The notes beneath the pieces are model-generated. The model saw nothing but the letters and a program-made list of their open reading frames with translations. It was not told where the DNA came from and did no database searches. Shown here piece by piece: positions 9,401 to 18,508 of a stretch of 64,000 nucleotides of DNA. The stretch is from Bacteroidia bacterium (GTDB lineage Bacteria; Bacteroidota; Bacteroidia; NS11-12g; UBA9320): positions 224,001-288,000 of the forward strand of contig CBDCFW010000001.1 in assembly GCA_965216465.1 (NCBI GenBank). The letters are read 5' to 3'. The translations under genes were made by a program, and so were the position numbers. Each line of letters starts with the position of its first letter. Position 1 is the first letter of the stretch.

Positions 9401-10560
9401 ATTTTGCTAATAAATTCGGCTACAACATCGTCACTCTCACCAGAGTTTGATGCAAAATTTTCAAGGTAGTTTCGATAGTTTCTAAAATGATAATGTTCTC
9501 CGCTTAAGAACTCATCGAGTTGACCAGCTATTTCTGGTTCGTAAATATTTAATCCGTAAGCAACACTGTCTTGTACGTAGTCTCCAAGATAGTCGTGATT
9601 CTTAAGCTTAACCACACCCAACTTTTTACCATGTATAATCACATTAATACCCACGGTAGAAGCAAACACAATTCCAGCATCTACAGTATTGATGATAATA
9701 TCAATATCTGAGCTACTATCGTACACTTTCACATCTTTTAAATCATTGTTTTTCAGTATCTTTCGAAGATATGAAGCTGATTCTCTAGGATGATTTTTGA
9801 AGATAACCTCAAGCTTTCTTTTATGTCTCTTGCCGTATTCAACAAGCGTTCTGGCGAGATCGATATACAAGGCAAATTTTTCTTCTGTAGTCGTAAACTT
9901 TTGGTCGTCAATGGGGTTTCCAAATATGGCAACTCGACGTATTTTATCGGGGATAGAATCTAATGATTGCTGTATGTAAAGCGACTTGTCGTAACCCGGA
10001 CTTCCTAGGGCTACAACTTCTGTGTTTGATGCAACCACCTGATCAAAATAGGTTTTAGATTTTCGACCCCAAGCAATTAGCACATCTGCTCCAGAACCTC
10101 CATATTTTTTCGTTTCTTCAACGGGCAAAGGAAAGCGGATTCCTTCTTGCATTAGGATGGTCTTAATCTTTCTTTGTTTAAGATATCGTAAGATGTAGTT
10201 CCCTGGATAGGCCGTGTCATTAAGCATAACAGCATGTGTCGTATTCTTAAACCATTTTTTCAATTTAGGTTTAAGTACAACAGTCCAAAATCCCCAACGC
10301 AGAATCCCTGAAATCATTACGGTTAATTTACTTGGTTTTTGACCTTCTTGTGGTTTTGCCTTAGGTACATTGATATTGAACTTTTTATAGGGAAGACCAA
10401 CATCATTTAAGATTTGTTCTGGAGTGTTAAACTTTCTTACCTCACAAAGTGAAACAAACTTAGTTGGGACACCTCTTTTTACAAGCTTTCTTGCAACTGG
10501 AAGCGTAATTAGAACATGGTGATTCGGATTAGTTATGATAAAATCAACTTGCTTCATCAA
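9397..10560 (-). CDS. Putative GT-B transferase for a CMP/CDP-activated donor (ulosonic acid transferase-like)
   Basis: MQEG, AWG, GSPGYD, KNHPRE and STVG motifs recall sialyl/Kdo and glycerophosphate transferases. Confidence 0.5.
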   Translation of the reverse strand: MMKQVDFIITNPNHHVLITLPVARKLVKRGVPTKFVSLCEVRKFNTPEQILNDVGLPYKKFNINVPKAKPQEGQKPSKLTVMISGILRWGFWTVVLKPKLKKWFKNTTHAVMLNDTAYPGNYILRYLKQRKIKTILMQEGIRFPLPVEETKKYGGSGADVLIAWGRKSKTYFDQVVASNTEVVALGSPGYDKSLYIQQSLDSIPDKIRRVAIFGNPIDDQKFTTTEEKFALYIDLARTLVEYGKRHKRKLEVIFKNHPRESASYLRKILKNNDLKDVKVYDSSSDIDIIINTVDAGIVFASTVGINVIIHGKKLGVVKLKNHDYLGDYVQDSVAYGLNIYEPEIAGQLDEFLSGEHYHFRNYRNYLENFASNSGESDDVVAEFISKM

Positions 10561-11647
10561 TTAATTTAAAATAAGATTCTACACCTTCATTCACTTGATA
10601 TTTCTTCACGCTTTTCTTAGCTGCTTCTCCATACTTTTCTCTTAATGCGCTATCTGAAGCTAAGCTCAGCATTGCACCTGCTAAAACATTCGAGTCTCCT
10701 ACAGGAACTAAGATTCCGTTCTTTTCATGCTCAATGATTTCGTTTGGACCCGTTGGGCAATCTGTCGAGATGCATGCAACACCCGCTGCCATTGCTTGAA
10801 TGAGCACTCCAGGCATCCCTTCATGCAATGAGCTTAGAACAAATACATCAGCGTGTTTTAGGTATTTATAGGGATTTGGATCAAAGCCCACTAGTTGCAC
10901 ATTGTTCTTTAGGTTTAGAGCCTCAACTAACTGTTCAACTTTTGATTTTAGGGGACCTTTACCGAGAATAATCAATTCTGCTTCTTGAGTTTCAGTAAGC
11001 TTTTTAAATGCATGCAATAAGTTGGGATAATCTTTTTGTTTAACAAATCGACCTATAGCTATGAATTGCAGTTTAGCTTCTGATTTTTTAATCTCCAATG
11101 GCTCATCAAGCTGATTATAAAAGTGATTATCAATCAACGGATTATTCACCACAAATACCCTGTTGCTCTCAAGCTTAAATCTCGCAATTAGCTGATCTTT
11201 AATTCCGTGAGACACTGCTGTAACTAGTGAAGCTCGCTTATAGAGCCTTTTCTTGAGCCCCAAGAGCATTGACTTTTTAAAACTGGAGGAATAGGTTCTA
11301 TCTAAAGAGTTTCGTTCCGATACTATGGTGGTTCCTTTAAACCTCATGAATTGGGTTGCAAGCATCATTGGAATTGACATTCCACCACAAGTGCTAAATA
11401 CAACATCAAAATTCTCTTTTCTCAATAATCGTTGAATTGGCCTTATGCAAAACCACAGCGACGAAGCTCCCAGATTGTATACCGCAACATTTTTGTTCAA
11501 GTCACTTTGAAATTCACCATTGAGATGCATCAACGCCAAAGAGACATCGTACTTTTCTTTATCGTAATTGTTCAGCAGATTCAAGGTTACTCGATCAGCA
11601 CCGCCGTAACCCAAGCTTGGCCGTATGAACAATATTTTACGCTTCAT
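10544..11647 (-). CDS. Glycosyltransferase family 4, PglJ-like
   Basis: GGADRV, GRFVKQKDY, SSLHEGMPGVLIQAMA, DCPTGPNEII; start moved to MKRKILF. Confidence 0.88.
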   Translation of the reverse strand: MKRKILFIRPSLGYGGADRVTLNLLNNYDKEKYDVSLALMHLNGEFQSDLNKNVAVYNLGASSLWFCIRPIQRLLRKENFDVVFSTCGGMSIPMMLATQFMRFKGTTIVSERNSLDRTYSSSFKKSMLLGLKKRLYKRASLVTAVSHGIKDQLIARFKLESNRVFVVNNPLIDNHFYNQLDEPLEIKKSEAKLQFIAIGRFVKQKDYPNLLHAFKKLTETQEAELIILGKGPLKSKVEQLVEALNLKNNVQLVGFDPNPYKYLKHADVFVLSSLHEGMPGVLIQAMAAGVACISTDCPTGPNEIIEHEKNGILVPVGDSNVLAGAMLSLASDSALREKYGEAAKKSVKKYQVNEGVESYFKLIDEAS

Positions 11648-12263
11648 TAAGATAAAATACGTTAATTGACTTTTGTGCAATTAACTTATGTATTGGAAGG
11701 TCTCTTTGGTTAATCAATACATCTAACTTTTTTCGTCCCTGAATCACCAAAACCACTTGATTGGCATCTACAATTGGATGATAATTTAAGCTTAATCTAT
11801 GTGTTCCATCGCTAGGGTGCACGCAGCTAAACACATTAGTATCAAAAGATTGCTCAGGAAATACCGATGCAAAATGGCCATCCTCTCCCATGCCTAGCAA
11901 AACTAAATCAAGCTGATTTGGCAATTTCGTTGCATAAGCTTCAACACTTTCTTCAATCGTACATCCTTCCGTTTGAAAGGGATAAAATTTAACCTGGTCT
12001 TTTCTCAACCACAATTTATACGATTCAGCAAAATTATTGCGGCGGTCGCGTTGAGGAACAAATCGTTCATCCACCCAAAACACTGACAATTCTGACTTCG
12101 ATGAACCAATTGGGTTGTCTCCAAGATATTCAAAAATGGGCACCGGTGTAGAGCCACCACTAATAGCAACTGAAGTTTCGCGCTGTTGATTAGCAAGATT
12201 TAATAATAGGCCATGCACAGCCATATTGATGTCGTCTTGATCTATAAAAGTGGTAATCCTCAA
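11637..12263 (-). CDS. pgl: 6-phosphogluconolactonase-like protein
   Basis: AISGGSTP, FWVDERFV, LGMGEDGHFASVFP; probable TTG start at 12263. Confidence 0.85.
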   Translation of the reverse strand: MRITTFIDQDDINMAVHGLLLNLANQQRETSVAISGGSTPVPIFEYLGDNPIGSSKSELSVFWVDERFVPQRDRRNNFAESYKLWLRKDQVKFYPFQTEGCTIEESVEAYATKLPNQLDLVLLGMGEDGHFASVFPEQSFDTNVFSCVHPSDGTHRLSLNYHPIVDANQVVLVIQGRKKLDVLINQRDLPIHKLIAQKSINVFYLNEA

Positions 12264-12264
12264 A

Positions 12265-12912
12265 TTACTTGAAGTAGTTGGTGATGACATCTTCTAGGTT
12301 TTCAATTGCAGATTCACCTTCGTCAATCCAAAAGTCGTGAAGCTCTGGTGAGTTTACAGCCTGAAAGTTTACCTGTGTTTTTTGAGCTGCATAAAAGTCG
12401 GTAGTTGCATCGCCTAAAAACAATGCTTCATCCGCTTTAATTTCAAATCGATGTAGACAATCGTTAACTATTGACTCCTTACTTTTTGGAGAACCCCAAA
12501 CTTCTTCAAAGTACGTATTTAGTTCTCGCTTTTCAACGATGGTATGAAGTTCGCGGTAAGGAGTTCCTGAAGCAACGACACAACGTATGCCGCTGGTTTT
12601 TAAATAGTTGAGAAGTTCTAAAGCACCTGGAATAAAGCTAGTCTTCAGGACTTCATTTAATACTATTTCGCTAAAACGATTTCCTAAGTTCTCTGACTCT
12701 TCAGCGGTAATTTCTTTTCCAAGCAGTTCACGATAAAACCAATCAAACTTTTCATATCTTGAAATTCCTTGGTTGTCAATATGATATTGTGTTATGGCTT
12801 CAAGATGTTCTGGATAGTCCTCAAATACTTGCGGGAATGCCTTTGTTTTGATATTGGCCGAATCAAGGACCACACCATCAAAATCGAAAAATACCAGTTT
12901 AATTTTGCTCAC
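12265..12912 (-). CDS. HAD-superfamily phosphatase
   Basis: FDFDGVVLDS motif I, VASG, K, LGDATTD motif IV. Confidence 0.88.
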   Translation of the reverse strand: MSKIKLVFFDFDGVVLDSANIKTKAFPQVFEDYPEHLEAITQYHIDNQGISRYEKFDWFYRELLGKEITAEESENLGNRFSEIVLNEVLKTSFIPGALELLNYLKTSGIRCVVASGTPYRELHTIVEKRELNTYFEEVWGSPKSKESIVNDCLHRFEIKADEALFLGDATTDFYAAQKTQVNFQAVNSPELHDFWIDEGESAIENLEDVITNYFK

Positions 12913-13792
12913 CAGCTTCTTTTTCTTTTCTCATTTCTTCTAATAACTGAATGATACCTTGACCCATGTCAACATATTCGTTCGTTACTAGCTTTTTACC
13001 AATAGAAGGAAGATAAGTGTAAGGCGTGATGTTGTAATGACCATTCTTGCCGCTTGTAGTTTCCTCGTAGTTAATGTTCACCTTTTTATCTAGAATCTCC
13101 TCAAACATCTTGTAGAGTTCAGAAACCTCTAAGCGATCATTTCCTGTTAAGACATAATGTTTATTCTCATACTGCTTGCCCAAAATTTGAGCGCTTAGCT
13201 TCGCGGCATCGTATACGTGGATGTATTCCCGTTTGTCAGAAGGAGCTCCATCGTGATTGATTCTTTCATTGCTAATAAAATTGTTTAAGAGTCTATAAAC
13301 CCCATTGGTTTCGTCTGTACGAGGACCATATAAACTACCGTATCTCAAAACGGTATAATTCAAATCGTATTTTCGGTGAAATTCCTCGATGTAGGCCTCA
13401 CAAGCCTGCTTGCTACAACGATAAAACCCTCCTTGAGCACTAAAAACATAAACCGACGATCCAAAAACAAACCGCTTTATGTTGTTTTGAACACATCCAT
13501 TCAAAAGCACCGCCGTTCCTTTAATATTGATCTCAATAGAGTCTATAGGTCTTTCTTTTGCTTCATTTAAGTCTGCTAAGGCTGCCAAATGATATACGTA
13601 ATCAAACCCTTTTAGTGCTTCATTAACAAAATCTTGATTGCAAACATCGCCTTGAACAAACGACTGGTCGTGGCGTATATAAGCCGATTCATTGAGGTCT
13701 AAAATGGTTACTTCATGTCCTTCATCCGACAATGCATCTGCAATGTGACTTCCGAGAAACCCCGCTCCTCCTGTAACTATAATCTTTGCCAT
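12899..13792 (-). CDS. NAD-dependent epimerase/dehydratase (extended SDR)
   Basis: TGGAGFLG, HLAA, SSVYV, YRCSK (YxxxK), RYGSLYGPR. Confidence 0.88.
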   Translation of the reverse strand: MAKIIVTGGAGFLGSHIADALSDEGHEVTILDLNESAYIRHDQSFVQGDVCNQDFVNEALKGFDYVYHLAALADLNEAKERPIDSIEINIKGTAVLLNGCVQNNIKRFVFGSSVYVFSAQGGFYRCSKQACEAYIEEFHRKYDLNYTVLRYGSLYGPRTDETNGVYRLLNNFISNERINHDGAPSDKREYIHVYDAAKLSAQILGKQYENKHYVLTGNDRLEVSELYKMFEEILDKKVNINYEETTSGKNGHYNITPYTYLPSIGKKLVTNEYVDMGQGIIQLLEEMRKEKEAGEQN

Positions 13793-14712
13793 TAATTAAA
13801 AAATGCTATAATTTTCTTAGCGCACTCCATCTCCATGTTGATACGCACCTCCTTAGCATACGAGCCAATATGTGGGGTTAAAAGCACTCGATCTTGCTCA
13901 ATTAACTCTCCGCTATAAGGTTCAGCTTCAAATGTATCGATGTATGCCTTTGCCTGTTCATTTTCTTTAAGGAAAGAAATCAACTCGTTTTCGTCAATGA
14001 GTCCCCCCCTGCTTGTATTTACAATCATGGCATCAGATTTCAGCAATGCGAACTCCGATTTCCCAATCATATGTTTATTGCTTGGTGTAAACGGAACATG
14101 AAGAGAAACGACATCTGCATTCTTCAATATTTCACCCTTGCTTGCTTTTCGAATTCCATTACTATTGGCAAACTCTTCGTCCCAAAACAAGTCTGTAGCT
14201 ATAATTTCAGTTTCAAATGGTTTAAGCAATTCGACGAGTCTCTTGGCAACTTTTCCTAGCCCAATGAGTCCAATTTTCTTACCCTTTAACAACGATCCCA
14301 TTGGCTTCTTCCAAATGTTTTGCTTCATGCTCGCATGAGCAAAACTTATATTTCGATGCAGGTCTAGAATTCCACCTAAACACAGTTCTGCGACACCATC
14401 AACATGAGCAATAGGAGTGTTTTCTACTGGAATGTTTAAGTTTTTTGCAGCCTCTAAGTCAACACTATCCATTCCTGTTCCTAGCCTACAGATATACCTC
14501 AACTGAGGATGCTGATTAAAAGTCTCATTATCAATTGGTTCTGTTCCGGCAATTAAGCCATCTATACCGCTAAGTAATGCTAAAGATTGCTCCTTGCTAA
14601 GGGTTTTTCCATGCGGATTAAGCTTAACTTCAAAGCCCGCATCTTTAAGCATTTGTAAAGGTTTAGGATTAACCTTTCCAAATGAGCTTGTTGAGATAAG
14701 TATCTTTTTCAT
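13792..14712 (-). CDS. D-isomer-specific 2-hydroxyacid dehydrogenase (PGDH-like, no ACT domain)
   Basis: GLIGLGKVA, SLHVP, NTSRGGLIDE, DTFEAEP, TPHIGS. Confidence 0.9.
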   Translation of the reverse strand: MKKILISTSSFGKVNPKPLQMLKDAGFEVKLNPHGKTLSKEQSLALLSGIDGLIAGTEPIDNETFNQHPQLRYICRLGTGMDSVDLEAAKNLNIPVENTPIAHVDGVAELCLGGILDLHRNISFAHASMKQNIWKKPMGSLLKGKKIGLIGLGKVAKRLVELLKPFETEIIATDLFWDEEFANSNGIRKASKGEILKNADVVSLHVPFTPSNKHMIGKSEFALLKSDAMIVNTSRGGLIDENELISFLKENEQAKAYIDTFEAEPYSGELIEQDRVLLTPHIGSYAKEVRINMEMECAKKIIAFFN

Positions 14713-15461
14713 TACAGTCCACTTTCAGATGATTGTTCAAGTAATTTCGTAATTAGAGCTGGGTTATTAACCCACCATTCGCTAATTCCAATATCAAAAT
14801 GAGTATGTACATCTCTTCCTGTTACCCAGGTTCTAATAATAGGAGCTGAGCGTTTGCCCATCCACCACCAGGGATTAACTCCATCTTCGCTATATACGGT
14901 TTGATGTCTAAACGCCCACACACCTTGGTCGTAATAATATGCTTTCTTGTACGATTGGCGTTCCGTTGAAACTTTTCTATTCTTATCGCCATAGGCTTCC
15001 AAAATCCCTTCTTCGTTAATTTCCATTGCTCGATTTGGATGGTCGTCTTGGGCCTCCCAAACGGTCATGCAACTATCTAGGCTCGGATCGTTATCTAATT
15101 TGGCTAAGCATTTATCAATAATTTCTCCGTTGATGTATACCGTATTTCCTAAAAGTAAAACGACATTCTGAATTTCAGGATGTTTTTCTTTAACCCACTC
15201 CACGGCATGTTTAATTACAATTCCGTGATTTACAGTATCGCCGCTTAACTCTTCTGGTCTTGGAATTATAGTGGCTCCTAGCTCCTTTGAGGCATTGGCA
15301 ATTAGGTCTCCATCTGTTGATACAAAGATTTTATCAATCTTCTTGGCATCCATTGATGCTTGAATTGGATAGTGAATCATAGGCTTTCCTGAAACCATGA
15401 AAACATTTTTGTTAATTATCGATTTACTTCCTGCGCGGGCAGTGATAATTGCTACATTCAT
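14712..15461 (-). CDS. Acylneuraminate/ulosonate cytidylyltransferase family protein
   Basis: ITARAGSKSIINKN, VSTD, RPEELSGD. Confidence 0.85.
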   Translation of the reverse strand: MNVAIITARAGSKSIINKNVFMVSGKPMIHYPIQASMDAKKIDKIFVSTDGDLIANASKELGATIIPRPEELSGDTVNHGIVIKHAVEWVKEKHPEIQNVVLLLGNTVYINGEIIDKCLAKLDNDPSLDSCMTVWEAQDDHPNRAMEINEEGILEAYGDKNRKVSTERQSYKKAYYYDQGVWAFRHQTVYSEDGVNPWWWMGKRSAPIIRTWVTGRDVHTHFDIGISEWWVNNPALITKLLEQSSESGL

Positions 15462-16573
15462 TTATTTATAAATTCTAATATTTTTTTTGCTCGTATATCC
15501 CAAGTGTATTTAGAAACTAAATCTTCATAGGCTTGGGTGCTTAGTTTGTCTCTTTGGTTTTTGTTCTCATTTAGAAGGAGAATTGCTTTTTCCCACTCTT
15601 CTACGTTGTCGCAGGTTGCAAACATGCAATTGTCAGCATTCAATACTTCATGAAGTACCGGAAGATCGGAAGCAATAATTGCTTTTTTAGCCTCCATATA
15701 TTCAAATATTTTAAGTGGCGACATATAGCTAGAGGTATTGTTACCGCTTGCAATAGTTACATTTTCTTGATAGGGAGCCAGTAGTATATCGCATTTTTTA
15801 CGAGCGATTACAGCTTTGCTGGGACTAACAAATCCATGGAAATGCAGATTTTCTTTCGTAACCGAGTCTGGATAGTAATCCAGTCTTTCCATTTGGGCTA
15901 CGGTACCTCCAATGATATGAAAATCGATTTGCGGTAATCTCTCACTCAATTGCACTATTAATTCCAGGCCCCTACCCTTCGAAATTGTTCCAACATAGCC
16001 CACTTGAGTTCTTTCTGCTTTACCAGGCCAAGTGTAGCTATTCAATTCTTCTAGAGTGGTATTGTAAACCGTTGCACCGTCGTGAACCGCTAATATTTTC
16101 TCACCAGTTATGAAATCTTGTTCACTTTTTAGTCTTTGCTTTAATGCATTCGACATGGTGACCAAGCCCAGAAAATTGGAGTGCGTGCAAAGCAGTGTAA
16201 AAACCTTCTTTCTCATACCATCCATTGCAGTGAATGGGTTGTGAGTTTCGTATGCGACCTTATATCCAAGTCTAGTAGCTAAATAGCAAGAAAATAATGA
16301 TCTGCCAAAAACAATATCTGGATTAAATTGCCTTAAAATTCTGCGAGCCCTAAAGGCATGTAACCACAAACCTATTTTGGGCAATGGTTCATTTGAAAAC
16401 TCTATTCTAAATGAAGATGTTCCGTACGCCTTGCTTACATCTCCCCAATTCCCTCTGAAGGCCGTTAACATAACATCGTGATTCTTTGAGAGAGCATTGC
16501 AAATTTGCATAACGTGCACACTGTTTGCCTTCTTTGACGGAATAGTTGAGTCTGATAAGTAAGCAATTCTCAT
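15458..16573 (-). CDS. Glycosyltransferase family 4
   Basis: ANSVHVMQ, YVGTISKGRG, SPLKIFEYM, SDLP; start moved to MRIAYL. Confidence 0.88.
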   Translation of the reverse strand: MRIAYLSDSTIPSKKANSVHVMQICNALSKNHDVMLTAFRGNWGDVSKAYGTSSFRIEFSNEPLPKIGLWLHAFRARRILRQFNPDIVFGRSLFSCYLATRLGYKVAYETHNPFTAMDGMRKKVFTLLCTHSNFLGLVTMSNALKQRLKSEQDFITGEKILAVHDGATVYNTTLEELNSYTWPGKAERTQVGYVGTISKGRGLELIVQLSERLPQIDFHIIGGTVAQMERLDYYPDSVTKENLHFHGFVSPSKAVIARKKCDILLAPYQENVTIASGNNTSSYMSPLKIFEYMEAKKAIIASDLPVLHEVLNADNCMFATCDNVEEWEKAILLLNENKNQRDKLSTQAYEDLVSKYTWDIRAKKILEFINK

Positions 16574-16574
16574 G

Positions 16575-17447
16575 TTACTTGAAGCGGTATAGCTGAGCAA
16601 TTGGTTTCCAAAATAAATTCTTTAAGAAAGAATGCTTAGTTGCTCGTTTATATCCATTTTGCTCTAAGTCTTGACCCGCAATGGTTTCAAATTTGCTAAT
16701 CTCTGAAGCTTCAAGTTTCTCCTTCCATTTGTTAATTGCATTGGCAATTGGTCGCTTGTCAATATTTTGGTGAAGCTCTTTTCCATAACGTTCCGGCACC
16801 TGATAATTCATCACGCTTTCACCTGGCTGCAATCCTATAAATGACTCGAGTTTCTTAAAGGCTTCATCTGTGTTTTGAATCAACTCTTCATACTTTAACA
16901 GCATAGTATTGTCTGGATGCTCCGCTTTAATCTTCTGTGCTAACCTCGCATACTGTTTCCACTGCATTGCTGAACGAATGGGATTGGTTTCAAAGGCTTT
17001 TTGTGTTACCGAATAAGTGCTATTCTTTTGAGAGCTAAAAATGGCCCTTCCATCTCGAACAAGTATGATAAACTTTGCGTTTGGAAAGTGAGCCTTCAAG
17101 TCTTGATAAACGTGGATGTAGTTTCCTTTTTTAATTCCGATAGTTGCAGCATTGCTTGTCTTAGTATTCTTATATAGCTCACACAATTCATTTAAAAATC
17201 CGCCTTTCGATTGCATGGCATACCCTAGCTCCTCAATATCGCTGTCAGCAATTTGCCAGTCTTTCATCTTCTTATCTTGGAGAATTAAATCTACCCCCCT
17301 ATCAGCTGTCCACGCATGATGATCAAGAAGCACACTTTGCATAATGTTTGACTCAGGCGGAATAATTACGGGATACCGCTCGCATAATTCTTTTGCTAAA
17401 AATGTAGAGCCAGAACGAGATAAATAAAAAATAAAAAATGCAGGCAT
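16575..17447 (-). CDS. Sulfotransferase
   Basis: 5'-PSB loop SRSGSTFL, 3'-PB motif LVRDGRAIFSS, KYEELI. Confidence 0.85.
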   Translation of the reverse strand: MPAFFIFYLSRSGSTFLAKELCERYPVIIPPESNIMQSVLLDHHAWTADRGVDLILQDKKMKDWQIADSDIEELGYAMQSKGGFLNELCELYKNTKTSNAATIGIKKGNYIHVYQDLKAHFPNAKFIILVRDGRAIFSSQKNSTYSVTQKAFETNPIRSAMQWKQYARLAQKIKAEHPDNTMLLKYEELIQNTDEAFKKLESFIGLQPGESVMNYQVPERYGKELHQNIDKRPIANAINKWKEKLEASEISKFETIAGQDLEQNGYKRATKHSFLKNLFWKPIAQLYRFK

Positions 17448-18502
17448 TATGTGCTGGCTAGTCGCGTGTTAAGTTCTTCAAAAATTATATCACTATTGAG
17501 CTTAAGATCTAATTCAAGGTGCTTTGCATGGCTTTGAGGTATTTCGTTAGTCTTATTCAAAAATGCCGTCAATGTAGGCACGCTATAGCGTTGTTTTATG
17601 CTGTTTGCGTAATTCTCAAACGCTTTGTGCTTTCTTGTTGTAATTTTCAAATGAGGATTCTCATACCGCAATGCTGTATGCACAAATGGAATCAGACTTT
17701 CAAACAACGTACTCCCTTCTGAAAGTAAAATGCTTGGGATAAAGGGTTCGTCTTTAAAAACCATCAGATTTGAGGCATCGAAATAGTCTAAGTAATGTTC
17801 TCTAACTGCTTTAGGATGCAATGCTAAGTAATAGTTTTTGTTGGTATGTTGTTTGAGCGATTCCAGCGATTCTTTCAGGTGCGACAAATACTCTGTCTTA
17901 TCAATGATTGGCTTTCTAAAGTCCTTATTACCAAACAAGTATGAATCGACAAAAAGAATCACATCTCTGTTTTCAAAATTTTTACGGGCCAGAAAGTCAA
18001 CATCTTGATGGTTTACGAGTACCGTATTTTGACTCGATGGAGGCAGTTGAATTCGATCAAACTTCCAAGAGTCTGGTTCACTTACAAATTGAACGAAAGG
18101 TGCATTAATTTTATTAATGAGATACTTCCGAATGAGATGCACATTTCTCTTTAGGTGATACCAATTACTAAATGTATGCTTAAATGTTTCAAGATGGCTT
18201 TTATAAAACTTGATGTGCACAATGTAGTATGGTAGTTTAATTTGCTTCAACACCCTAATCAGAGAAACAAAGTTTTTCGACAAGCCAATATTTATCTGAA
18301 CAATATCAAATTGATCCCTATTCTTTTTGAGAAAGCCTATGGTTTCGTTCATTGTTAAAGGGAGTTTACTGGGATCTTCATGCTTTGGGCCTTCTAGCTC
18401 GACAATTTTTACATCAAAGTTGTTGAGTAATGGTTCAACTTTATCGTAATACTCCTTCTTGGTAAGAGACTTGTTACTGATAAAAAGAAGTCTTTTTTTC
18501 AC
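17447..18502 (-). CDS. Hypothetical protein, possible nonulosonic acid transferase
   Basis: ILFVDS, LALHPKA and EGSTL motifs; directly after the Wzx of the NeuB-containing module. Confidence 0.4.
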   Translation of the reverse strand: MKKRLLFISNKSLTKKEYYDKVEPLLNNFDVKIVELEGPKHEDPSKLPLTMNETIGFLKKNRDQFDIVQINIGLSKNFVSLIRVLKQIKLPYYIVHIKFYKSHLETFKHTFSNWYHLKRNVHLIRKYLINKINAPFVQFVSEPDSWKFDRIQLPPSSQNTVLVNHQDVDFLARKNFENRDVILFVDSYLFGNKDFRKPIIDKTEYLSHLKESLESLKQHTNKNYYLALHPKAVREHYLDYFDASNLMVFKDEPFIPSILLSEGSTLFESLIPFVHTALRYENPHLKITTRKHKAFENYANSIKQRYSVPTLTAFLNKTNEIPQSHAKHLELDLKLNSDIIFEELNTRLAST

Positions 18503-18508
18503 AGCTCT

